Assembly (NCBI GenBank): GCA_902615855.1
Contig: CACMQN010000005.1
Location: 8,596-72,595 of the forward strand
Length of the DNA: 64,000 nucleotides
Reading direction: 5' to 3'
From: an uncultured Candidatus Actinomarina sp.
GTDB lineage: Bacteria; Actinomycetota; Acidimicrobiia; Actinomarinales; Actinomarinaceae
Below, in pieces: positions 18,205 through 27,055 of the stretch. The translations under genes and the position numbers were made by a program. Every line of letters starts with the position of its first letter. Positions within the stretch are counted from its first letter, which is position 1. The notes below the pieces were generated by a model. That model worked only from the letters and a program-made list of their open reading frames with translations, had not been told where the DNA came from and ran no database searches.

Positions 18205-18819
18205 TTGAAAACACCTGAGCAGATTACAAATAGTCTCGTTAAAGAGTTTGATAAATTAAACGATATTAGAGAACAGTCCCTAAAAGTTTCCAGAGAGATC
18301 ATAAAATCTTGTTCTAAGTCAATCAGGAATGTCCACCGTAACAATCTAGGCGAGGCAAAACAACATCTAGACGAGGCAAATAAAAATTATCAGGATTTAC
18401 GTTCTTCTTTGAAAGATATTCCAGAATTGCGATTTGCAGGCTATGTAAATGACTCGGAAAGGGAGTTAATTGAGGCATTTTTAGTTTTCGAATTCGAGAA
18501 AACTAATTCACTTCTCAAATTTGAGGGAATGAATGTGTCTGCCTCAAACTACATACAGGGACTTGGTGATGCAATCGGAGAGTGGAGAAGAAAAGTTTTG
18601 GATAGTCTCAGAAAACTAGAGATTGAAGAAGGTGAGAAGTACTTGGCTATTATGGAGGCCTCTATGGAAATCTTTAACGAGTTAGACTACCCTGATGCAT
18701 TAACTGGTGGTCTAAGAAGATATGCCGATACTGCCAGGGCGATCATTGAAAGAACAAGGTCTGATCTGACAAATGCTATAGTTAGTGAATCACTTCGTAA
18801 AGATTTGAAAGATAAATAA
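18205..18819 (+). CDS. Translin/TRAX (C3PO) family protein
   Basis: All-helical; RE..LK.SR, ERELIEA (E87, E90) and NYIQGLGDAIGEWRR (D122, E126) match the TRAX catalytic acidic pattern; LRRYAD. TTG start. Confidence 0.85.
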   Translation: MKTPEQITNSLVKEFDKLNDIREQSLKVSREIIKSCSKSIRNVHRNNLGEAKQHLDEANKNYQDLRSSLKDIPELRFAGYVNDSERELIEAFLVFEFEKTNSLLKFEGMNVSASNYIQGLGDAIGEWRRKVLDSLRKLEIEEGEKYLAIMEASMEIFNELDYPDALTGGLRRYADTARAIIERTRSDLTNAIVSESLRKDLKDK

Positions 18820-19322
18820 TGGAATACAAATATATAACTGGAAAAGTTTTAGAGATTACTGGTTCTGGCTGGCCTGATGGAACAGTTCTTCAAGAAATTT
18901 ATCCTGATACCTCATTTGTCAGTGGTGTTGAAAATCCAAAAGGCATGAAGATGGTACCTGTAATCAAAGATAGAAAAATTTATGCAAAATATATATTTGA
19001 AAAAAGTTTCGAGGGAGGACCTGGTCTCGTTCATGGAGGAATTCTCTCGACAGTACTCGACGATATGATGGGTTATGCAACATTTACGCAAAATCTATTT
19101 TGTGTTACTGCAAATCTTAATGTAAATTTTAGAGCGCCCTCACCAGTCGATAAAGAATTCGAACTTTATGCCTGGGTTAAAGAGGTTGATGGTAATAAAG
19201 TTTACGCAGAATCAGTTATTCAATCCGAAGACTCAATACATGTTGAGGCAGATGGTTTATTTATAAATATAGGTCAAGATGGTGCACGACAATATTTCTC
19301 ACCTGAAAAGCAATATCCGTAA
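18819..19322 (+). CDS. PaaI-family hotdog thioesterase
   Basis: ENPKG, FEGGPGLVHGGILSTVLDD, VTANLNVNFRAP. Confidence 0.88.
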   Translation: MEYKYITGKVLEITGSGWPDGTVLQEIYPDTSFVSGVENPKGMKMVPVIKDRKIYAKYIFEKSFEGGPGLVHGGILSTVLDDMMGYATFTQNLFCVTANLNVNFRAPSPVDKEFELYAWVKEVDGNKVYAESVIQSEDSIHVEADGLFINIGQDGARQYFSPEKQYP

Positions 19323-19323
19323 T

Positions 19324-21165
19324 TTATAGTTTTGACATTAAAAAATGACTTGTTGACTGTATTGTCACCATTGGATTAACTCCAGAACAACGAGGAAACA
19401 CTGAAGAGTCAGCAACATAAACATTATCTAATCCATGTACTTTTCCATCAATATCAGTAACTCCTAGATTTGGATCTGGATTCATTCTTGCAGTTCCCAT
19501 TTGGTGGGCAGAACCAAGCAGCATTCTAAAAGGCTGATTTTTTATTGCTCTGATGTCATTTATGAAGTCTTCGATATCTTTATTTGATGATTTTTTCCAA
19601 TGCATTGTAGGAGAGGCTGCAACCATAATTTCTTCTGCACCAGCCAAATAATTTGCTCTTACAAGGTTTTCAATTCCATGCATCAAGTTCTTATGATCAA
19701 AATCGTTTAAGTTATAATCCCATAAATGTTGGGGATTCTTATTGATGATCGATCCAGAGCTAGTATCTGATGTGAGAACTATCCCTCCAGACCAATGATT
19801 GTAGCTTTCAACAAAATCATTAAATTTATCAGTGTTGTTTGGAAAAAATGGGAAGAAAAGACTTGGATGCATAGGCAGTCCCTCCAAGAGGTATCCATAA
19901 TTATCTTTCATAAACAAATTGTCATCTGAGTAAATACCCTGCATTGTTCCTGCCCATGGCTTTTGTTCGTCTGAGAATTTTCCTGCGACACCAGAAACAG
20001 GATGTAGTTTTAAATTATGTCCAAGATGTTTATTTTTATATCCACTATCAAGCAATATTTTAGGGGTATTTAGGGAGCCAGCAGCAAGAATGACCTTATC
20101 GACGGCAACTTTATGTAACATCCCGTTATTTTCAACATTAATATGTGTTGCTTTTCCATCTGATATATCAAGGTTTTTGATATTTGTATCACTAAACACA
20201 TTGTTGGGTTCAAATTTATCTTCTGAAAACCAAACTTTGTTAGTGGAGTTGATGCTTTCGTCGTAACGACCAAAAGTACTAAAGCCAGATTCTGTGCAAT
20301 CTGCATTACTGGTGTTTCTTGGGATAATTTTATAACTTAAATCATTAAGCTCTAAACCCTGAGCCAATTTCTCTTCTTTTTGTGGGATTCGATTATTTTC
20401 TACATCGACATTTAATTCTTTACAGACATAATCCATACTGCTTTTAAATTCACTGGAGTTGAAATAGTTATCTTGTCCTGTAAGTGAGTCCCATTCACTT
20501 AATATATTGTCAGGTGTTCGAAGAGAAGTTGTCCAATTTACACTCGTACCTCCACCAATTCCCATTCCAGCCAAAAGTAAGACTTTATATCCTCTGGTTT
20601 GTTGTATTCCGTTAGTGTCATAGAAGTTGTGATATCCGAATGTTTCATTGTTTGTCTCACCATTTCCATGACTACCTTTTTCGAAGAGACCTACTTCATA
20701 TTTTTCATTGAGAATATTGGCTGCGACACCTCCACCAGAACCACTTCCAATTACTGCTACTTCGATACTTTTAGGAATTGATACATCTTTTTTTTCTATT
20801 GTTGTATTTTTATAGATCGGATAATCAAGATGTTTGTATACAGAGCCCTCACCGTCAAGGGATCTTGCAGTGCTCAGTCCAAACAATGCTGTTATGCCTG
20901 AACCAAGTTTTCTGAGCAATGACAAGTTTGAGCTTTGTAGATTTTTAACAAATTTTGGAATATTTTTGTCTTTTATGAACACTTTTCTTATTCCAAAAGA
21001 AAAGATAAAAAAGACTATTTTTAGCAGTACGATCTCTGATTTATCAGGAAAATTTGCAAGGATAAAATTAAAATATTTTTCGGAGTTTTTTGTTTCTCCT
21101 TCATTGAAATTTGGATACAAATTAGAAAAGATGATTCTAAATGATTTAGATATTCTTTTATCCAT
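19324..21165 (-). CDS. GMC oxidoreductase, long-chain alcohol oxidase-like
   Basis: VIGSGSGGG FAD motif, GMGIGGGTSVNW, NLKLHP, LGSAHQMGTARM, GVNPMVTI. Confidence 0.88.
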   Translation of the reverse strand: MDKRISKSFRIIFSNLYPNFNEGETKNSEKYFNFILANFPDKSEIVLLKIVFFIFSFGIRKVFIKDKNIPKFVKNLQSSNLSLLRKLGSGITALFGLSTARSLDGEGSVYKHLDYPIYKNTTIEKKDVSIPKSIEVAVIGSGSGGGVAANILNEKYEVGLFEKGSHGNGETNNETFGYHNFYDTNGIQQTRGYKVLLLAGMGIGGGTSVNWTTSLRTPDNILSEWDSLTGQDNYFNSSEFKSSMDYVCKELNVDVENNRIPQKEEKLAQGLELNDLSYKIIPRNTSNADCTESGFSTFGRYDESINSTNKVWFSEDKFEPNNVFSDTNIKNLDISDGKATHINVENNGMLHKVAVDKVILAAGSLNTPKILLDSGYKNKHLGHNLKLHPVSGVAGKFSDEQKPWAGTMQGIYSDDNLFMKDNYGYLLEGLPMHPSLFFPFFPNNTDKFNDFVESYNHWSGGIVLTSDTSSGSIINKNPQHLWDYNLNDFDHKNLMHGIENLVRANYLAGAEEIMVAASPTMHWKKSSNKDIEDFINDIRAIKNQPFRMLLGSAHQMGTARMNPDPNLGVTDIDGKVHGLDNVYVADSSVFPRCSGVNPMVTIQSTSHFLMSKL

Positions 21166-21403
21166 ATATACATTCTACAGGTTGTTTGAAGAGGGCATAA
21201 TTGACTTTTGGTAGTTTTGGCAGTGATAAAGACAATTTTGTAACTGCGGATACGCAAAAAAATTAAGAACATTGATATTTTCCTTGTAAGTAAGAAGTGA
21301 CAGTTTCAAATCTTTAAATATACGTGTTGCTCTAGCGCACATTAAAACCAGACAATTACATTGAAATACATGATCTCGAGAAACTTTCAATTATCTTTAG
21401 AGT

Positions 21404-22861
21404 ATGAACCAGGGCATTAAGTTCTATAAAACATACGATATAAAAAAAATATCAGAGTGTCATCAATCTCTTGGTCCAAAAACTTTAACACCAAATTCTC
21501 GTTTAGATCGATGGAGTGGGGTTCATAATGCTATATCTGATTGGCTATTAAATGATGCAAATGATGAGGTTGCGGTTAAGGTTGCAGAAGAAAACTTTCA
21601 ATTTTATGACCCACTGCAAAGAAAAATAATGTCTGAACTTTTTGAGCGATTTAGAAGTTTGGTTCCTAAACCATTACCTCAGGTCAATATCGATTTTTAT
21701 AGACAAGAGATCATAAGAGAGATTGAAGGTGAAGAGAAGGGTATGTATACATCCTTTCAATATCAACTTGAAGATGAGGATAATACTGAATATATAAAGC
21801 TTAAAGCAGGAGTCTCCGATATTGAGGATATAGACAGAGCCATTGTTGCAGAAACTAAGCTAGAGGGTGAGACTTTTCTAACTGCTCAGCTTATCCATGA
21901 TGATTTTGATGAGATAAAAGAACCAGAAAATTCAAAAGAAATTATTGATAACTATTTCAATATTATTCAAGAATTTGAAACAAATAGAAAACAAGCAACT
22001 CCTGGACTTCATTGCTATATGTGTTCTAGACCATCACGGTGTGGTCAATATCCTGTGGTAGATGGACAAGAAGCTAAGTCAAATAATAGAGCAATTTTAA
22101 TTAGTAAGTCAAACTTGTTAAATCTTGAGACTTGCGAGCGATGGACGTCTTGGAGAGCACAATATGCAATACCAAAAGATATCGTAAACGAATCATTTGA
22201 AGCTGAACTTGGACAAAAATTTCACTCTTATTCACAAAAGATGCTTGAAAAAAATAAAGATATTTTTGGAGATAAAGAAATTGAGAGATTAAAAAAGCTA
22301 CTCGTTGATGAAGAGGAAAAATTTTCGTCTCAGATACTCAAAAAATATGAGGAACTCATCCAAGCCTTAGATGATGAGGTTGAAGATCAAAACGAGTTAG
22401 AAATTAAATTATCAGAGTATGGTCTTGGATTTTCGATATTAAAAGATGGAATAGTCTCAAATTCAAAAATGGAGTTAAGAGAAGATAAAGTTGCAGTAAC
22501 ATTTATGGGCCAAGCTGATCTTGTTGGAAGGTACAAAGGAAAAGGTCTTGTAATTGAACTAAAAACGGGACAAGAAAGCAGTGATGACCTTACAGAGGCT
22601 GAATTATATGCACTTGGTGCAAAATTGTTACTCAAAGAGGACGAGGTCTACGTTTTTCATATATATACAAATAAAGATGGTGGAAAACTTAAGAAAAGAA
22701 AATTTGGAGAAAGTGAGTTTGATTCAATCATTAAAAAGTTCGAGGATAAAGCCCAGAGAGTTGCCAATTGGAACCCTAATGATTCACTATCACCCCCATT
22801 TAATGTTGGTGATTGGTGCTCAAATTGTGATTATCAAACCACTTGTCCAGAGTATAGATAA
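21404..22861 (+). CDS. Tandem double PD-(D/E)XK (Cas4/AddB-like) Fe-S nuclease
   Basis: Two 1+3 Cys sets (C19+C204/207/213; C244+C472/475/481); C-terminal domain has GQADL and IELKTG; N-terminal equivalents are degenerate. Confidence 0.8.
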   Translation: MNQGIKFYKTYDIKKISECHQSLGPKTLTPNSRLDRWSGVHNAISDWLLNDANDEVAVKVAEENFQFYDPLQRKIMSELFERFRSLVPKPLPQVNIDFYRQEIIREIEGEEKGMYTSFQYQLEDEDNTEYIKLKAGVSDIEDIDRAIVAETKLEGETFLTAQLIHDDFDEIKEPENSKEIIDNYFNIIQEFETNRKQATPGLHCYMCSRPSRCGQYPVVDGQEAKSNNRAILISKSNLLNLETCERWTSWRAQYAIPKDIVNESFEAELGQKFHSYSQKMLEKNKDIFGDKEIERLKKLLVDEEEKFSSQILKKYEELIQALDDEVEDQNELEIKLSEYGLGFSILKDGIVSNSKMELREDKVAVTFMGQADLVGRYKGKGLVIELKTGQESSDDLTEAELYALGAKLLLKEDEVYVFHIYTNKDGGKLKKRKFGESEFDSIIKKFEDKAQRVANWNPNDSLSPPFNVGDWCSNCDYQTTCPEYR

Positions 22862-22899
22862 GGTTTTAGTAAGAACTATATGAGAATATAATTAAAACG

Positions 22900-25161
22900 A
22901 TGGATTTATCTGTAACACCAGCAAGTTTAGTTTCTTCAGTTTATGAGAATCTAACTGAGAATATTAAGAAATTAAGAGAGAGAAAAAATGCTCCTCTCAC
23001 TCTGGCTGAAAAACTTCTCTTTGGACATGCAACAGATATCAACTCTGTTTCTCTAAATAAAGGAGAAGACTACGGAGACTTTGCACCCGATAGAGTTGCA
23101 ATGCAAGATGCAACAGCACAAATGGCTCTACTGCAATTTATGCAAGCAGACCTTCCAGAAACAGCAGTTCCAACAACTGTACATTGTGATCATTTAATTC
23201 AAGCTTATGAAGGAGCAGCTAGTGATCTTCAAGTTGCAAATAAAACTCATAAAGAGGTTTTTGACTTCTTAAGAACTGCTTCCGAAAAATATGAAATAGG
23301 TTTTTGGGGACCTGGGGCTGGAATTATCCATCAAGTAGTTTTAGAACAATATGCATTTCCAGGTGGAATGATGATCGGTACGGATAGTCATACTCCTAAC
23401 GCTGGAGGTCTATCCATGATTGCAATTGGTGTTGGAGGTGCAGATGCAGTTGACGTAATGGCTGGTATGCCTTTCAATACAAAAATACCTAGCTTGATTG
23501 GAGTGAAGCTAACTGGTTCACTGAGTGGCTGGACGTCTCCTAAAGACATTATTTTAAAAGTTGCAGAAATCTTAACGGTTAAAGGTGCAACGAATGCAAT
23601 AGTTGAATACTTTGGAGAGGGTACGAAAACCATTTCAACCACTGGAAAGGCAACTATTACAAATATGGGTGCAGAGATTGGTGCAACTTGCTCAATATTT
23701 CCATATGATGAAAAGGGAAGTGCTTATCTAAAGGCTACTGGTAGAGATGAAATAGCTGAATTAGCAGACTCTAGAATGGATTTACTCACTGCTGATGATG
23801 AAGTATTAGAAAACCCAGAAGAATTTTTCAATCAAGTTATAGAGATTAACTTAGATGAACTAGAGCCTCATATTGTTGGACCACACACACCAGATTTAGC
23901 TAGACCAATTTCTGGATTAAAAAAGGATGCAAACGACAATGAGTATCCTGTAAAAATCTCAAGCGCATTGATTGGATCTTGTACAAATTCATCATATGAG
24001 GACATTGGTAGAGCTGCTTTTATTGCTAGAGAAGCTGCAAAGCATGGTCTTAAGGCAAAAGTACCATTGATGGTTACTCCTGGCTCAGAACAAACCAGAG
24101 CAACAATAGAACGGGATGGATACTTAAAGGATTTAGAATCTATTGGAGCTACTGTCCTTGCGAATGCATGTGGTCCTTGTATCGGTCAATGGAAAAGAGA
24201 CGACATCAAAGAAGGGGAGAGTAACTCAATCGTCTCATCGTTTAATAGAAACTTTCCTGCTAGAAATGATGGAAATGCAGAGACACTATCATTTATTGGT
24301 TCACCAGAATCAGTTATAGGTTTGGCACTTGGTGGTACATTAGATTTCAACTTCTTAAGCGACACTCTTACTACTCAAGATGGAGAAGAAATTTTACTCA
24401 ACCCACCTGTTGCTGATGAATTACCTGATAAAGGTTTTGAAGAAACACTAGAGGGATTTATTCAACCAACACCTGGTGATGATGTTGAAGTAATAATTGA
24501 TCCAGAATCAAATAGACTTCAAAAACTTACCCCATTTCTTCCACCTAATGAAGAAGACTATGTTTCAATGAGCGTCTTAATGAAGGCAGAAGGAAAATGT
24601 ACAACTGACCATATTTCTCCTGCTGGTAAATGGTTACAGTTCCGAGGTCATCTTGAAAATATTTCACAAAACTTGTTCAATGGAGTCAATAATGCATTTT
24701 CTGAAAAAGCAGGTGATGGTGTAAACATACTCACAAAGGAAGTCGATACATTGCCAAACATAGCAAAGAATTACAGTGAGGAGAATGTTAGCTGGGTAGC
24801 TGTTGGGGATGAAAACTATGGTGAGGGCTCATCAAGAGAGCACGCAGCAATGGAGCCGAGATTTAGAGGCTGTAAGGTCGTGTTGGTAAAAAGTTTTGCA
24901 CGAATACATGAAGCAAACTTAAAGAAGCAAGGTATTTTACCTCTAGTCTTTGAAGACAAAAATGATTATGAAAAGATAGAACAGTTCGACAAAATGACTA
25001 TCGGTAGCCTAAAAGATATTGCAGTTGACACACCCGTTGAGATTATTCTCGAAAAAGAAAATGGTGAAACAGAGACAATCAAAGCAAATCATTCTCTATC
25101 TGAGGATCAGATTGCTTGGTTTTTTGCTGGTTCTGCATTGAACTATATCAAATCAAAATAA
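22900..25161 (+). CDS. acnA: Aconitate hydratase (compact, mitochondrial-like type)
   Basis: DRVAMQDATAQMALLQF, HCDHLI, GTDSHTPN, IGSCTNSSY, NACGPCIGQW, TTDHISPAG, NYGEGSSREHAA. Confidence 0.95.
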   Translation: MDLSVTPASLVSSVYENLTENIKKLRERKNAPLTLAEKLLFGHATDINSVSLNKGEDYGDFAPDRVAMQDATAQMALLQFMQADLPETAVPTTVHCDHLIQAYEGAASDLQVANKTHKEVFDFLRTASEKYEIGFWGPGAGIIHQVVLEQYAFPGGMMIGTDSHTPNAGGLSMIAIGVGGADAVDVMAGMPFNTKIPSLIGVKLTGSLSGWTSPKDIILKVAEILTVKGATNAIVEYFGEGTKTISTTGKATITNMGAEIGATCSIFPYDEKGSAYLKATGRDEIAELADSRMDLLTADDEVLENPEEFFNQVIEINLDELEPHIVGPHTPDLARPISGLKKDANDNEYPVKISSALIGSCTNSSYEDIGRAAFIAREAAKHGLKAKVPLMVTPGSEQTRATIERDGYLKDLESIGATVLANACGPCIGQWKRDDIKEGESNSIVSSFNRNFPARNDGNAETLSFIGSPESVIGLALGGTLDFNFLSDTLTTQDGEEILLNPPVADELPDKGFEETLEGFIQPTPGDDVEVIIDPESNRLQKLTPFLPPNEEDYVSMSVLMKAEGKCTTDHISPAGKWLQFRGHLENISQNLFNGVNNAFSEKAGDGVNILTKEVDTLPNIAKNYSEENVSWVAVGDENYGEGSSREHAAMEPRFRGCKVVLVKSFARIHEANLKKQGILPLVFEDKNDYEKIEQFDKMTIGSLKDIAVDTPVEIILEKENGETETIKANHSLSEDQIAWFFAGSALNYIKSK

Positions 25162-25812
25162 ATGGACAGTATATCTGACAAAGTTAAAAAAATTAGGGTT
25201 GAGTACGAAGACAAGCCACTAAATATCGAAGATCTAGATACCAATCCTTTAGAGCAGTTTAATGTATGGTTTCAAATTGCTATTGACGCAGAGGTTAATG
25301 AAGCAAATGCAATGGCGATATCTACTATCAGCGAAGAGGGAACACCAAGATCAAGGTACGTACTATTTAAGGATATTGTAGACAACAAACTTGTTTTCTA
25401 TTCAGATTATGGAAGTAGCAAGGGTCGGGAAATGGAAAACAATCCAAATATTTCGGGATTATTCTTTTGGCCTGAGTTACATCGTCAAATTCGACTTGAG
25501 GGTGTAGTTTCTAAAACATCCAATGTGGTATCTGATAACTACTTTGCTTCAAGACCGAGGGGAGCACAACTAAGTGCTATTGCATCAAGTCAAAGCACTG
25601 AAATTGAAGGAAGAGAAACGGTTGAAGACAGGATTAAAGAGTTGGAAATAGAATTTGAAGGAAAAGATATTCCAAGACCAGACAATTGGGGTGGCTATGC
25701 AATTGATATTAGTTTCTGGGAGTTTTGGCAGGGTAGAAGAAGCAGAACCCATGATCGCTTTATTTATGCTAAAAATGATAATTCATGGGAAATAACTAGA
25801 CTATCACCTTAA
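25162..25812 (+). CDS. pdxH: Pyridoxine/pyridoxamine 5'-phosphate oxidase
   Basis: SRYVLFK, FFWPELHRQIRLEG, YFASRP, WGGY, EFWQGRRSRTHDR. Confidence 0.95.
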   Translation: MDSISDKVKKIRVEYEDKPLNIEDLDTNPLEQFNVWFQIAIDAEVNEANAMAISTISEEGTPRSRYVLFKDIVDNKLVFYSDYGSSKGREMENNPNISGLFFWPELHRQIRLEGVVSKTSNVVSDNYFASRPRGAQLSAIASSQSTEIEGRETVEDRIKELEIEFEGKDIPRPDNWGGYAIDISFWEFWQGRRSRTHDRFIYAKNDNSWEITRLSP

Positions 25813-25823
25813 GAAATAGATTT

Positions 25824-26492
25824 ATGAGAGATATTAAAGTAACCAAAGATTTTATTAATTCAGAAAACACTTCAGTGCTCTATGAGTCTGGAAACACGAA
25901 AGTTTTGATTACTGTTTCCATTGCTGACAAGGTCCCAAGATGGCTTGAAAACTCTGATAAGGGTTGGTTAACAGCAGAATACAATATGTTGCCTGGATCT
26001 TCAGATCAGAGAATATCAAGGAAATCATTCGAAGGTGGAAGATCAAAAGAAATCTCAAGACTAATAGGTAGGTCACTCAGATCAGTTTGTGACTTAGCAA
26101 TACTCAATGGTTATTTAGTAACCGTTGATTGTGACGTACTAGATGCCGATGGGGGAACTAGAACTGCATCAATTAACGGTGCTTGGATCGCTCTGAATGA
26201 AACATTCAATAATCTTGTTGAACAAAAGAAATTAGTGCAGAATCCCCTAACTAATCAAATTGCTGCTCTATCAGTAGGTATTGTTAATGGCGAATTCATA
26301 GCAGATCTAGATTACGAGAAAGATTCCAATGCTGAAGTTGATTTAAATCTTGTATTAAACGATAAATATGAAATTTTGGAAATTCAAGGAACTGCAGAAC
26401 AGAAGCCTTTTTCAAAAGAGAGTCTGGATAAACTTTTTGAAATAACAAAAGACGAAGTTAATAAAGTATTTGATATTCAAAAAAGTACATGA
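25824..26492 (+). CDS. rph: Ribonuclease PH
   Basis: GWLTAEYNMLP, EISRLIGRSLR, DCDVLDADGGTRTASING, DLDYEKDS, EIQGTAE; followed by rdgB. Confidence 0.94.
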   Translation: MRDIKVTKDFINSENTSVLYESGNTKVLITVSIADKVPRWLENSDKGWLTAEYNMLPGSSDQRISRKSFEGGRSKEISRLIGRSLRSVCDLAILNGYLVTVDCDVLDADGGTRTASINGAWIALNETFNNLVEQKKLVQNPLTNQIAALSVGIVNGEFIADLDYEKDSNAEVDLNLVLNDKYEILEIQGTAEQKPFSKESLDKLFEITKDEVNKVFDIQKST

Positions 26493-27055
26493 AAATTTTA
26501 TTTGCCAGTAAAAACAAAAATAAATATAACGAAATTAAAGAAATTTTAAATAATAAAGATTATGAATTTGTTTTTAAGAATGATCTAAAGGATGTTGAAG
26601 AAGACAAAAATACAATATCAGATAATGCAGAAAAAAAGGCAGTCGAAACATTTACAACATACAACTTACCAATTATTTCGGATGATTCAGGTTTATTTGT
26701 CGAGGCATTGCATGGAAGACCAGGAGTAAGTACAGCAAGATATGCTGGCCCAAGTGCTTCTGACGAAGAGAATATCAACAAGTTACTTTTCGAAATGAAA
26801 GAAATTGAAAATAGAAAAGCATTTTTTAAAACAGTTCTATGTTTTTTTGATGGAGAAAAAAAAATATTTGGCGAAGGTATTTTACATGGGGAAATCACTA
26901 CTTTTAAAAAAGGATTGAATGGATTCGGATATGACCCTATATTTTTAGTAAATAAAAAAACATTAGCGGAACTAACTATTTTTGAAAAAACTAAAATCAG
27001 TCATAGAAAAAAAGCAACTTTAGACTTAAAAAATAAACTAGATGATATATTTTAG
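26489..27055 (+). CDS. rdgB: Non-canonical purine NTP pyrophosphatase (Ham1)
   Basis: DDSGLFVEALHGRPGVSTARY, GFGYDPIF, KISHR. Confidence 0.94.
   Translation: MKILFASKNKNKYNEIKEILNNKDYEFVFKNDLKDVEEDKNTISDNAEKKAVETFTTYNLPIISDDSGLFVEALHGRPGVSTARYAGPSASDEENINKLLFEMKEIENRKAFFKTVLCFFDGEKKIFGEGILHGEITTFKKGLNGFGYDPIFLVNKKTLAELTIFEKTKISHRKKATLDLKNKLDDIF

Noticed and set aside
21175-21390. 71-aa track ORF in the GMC/nuclease spacer
   Set aside because: TTG start without RBS, no recognisable motif and atypical composition; the region is reported as unexplained rather than as a CDS.
21404-22861. Cas4-like domains as evidence of a CRISPR-Cas system
   Set aside because: No cas1/cas2 or effector genes, and I found no regularly spaced repeat array anywhere in the window.
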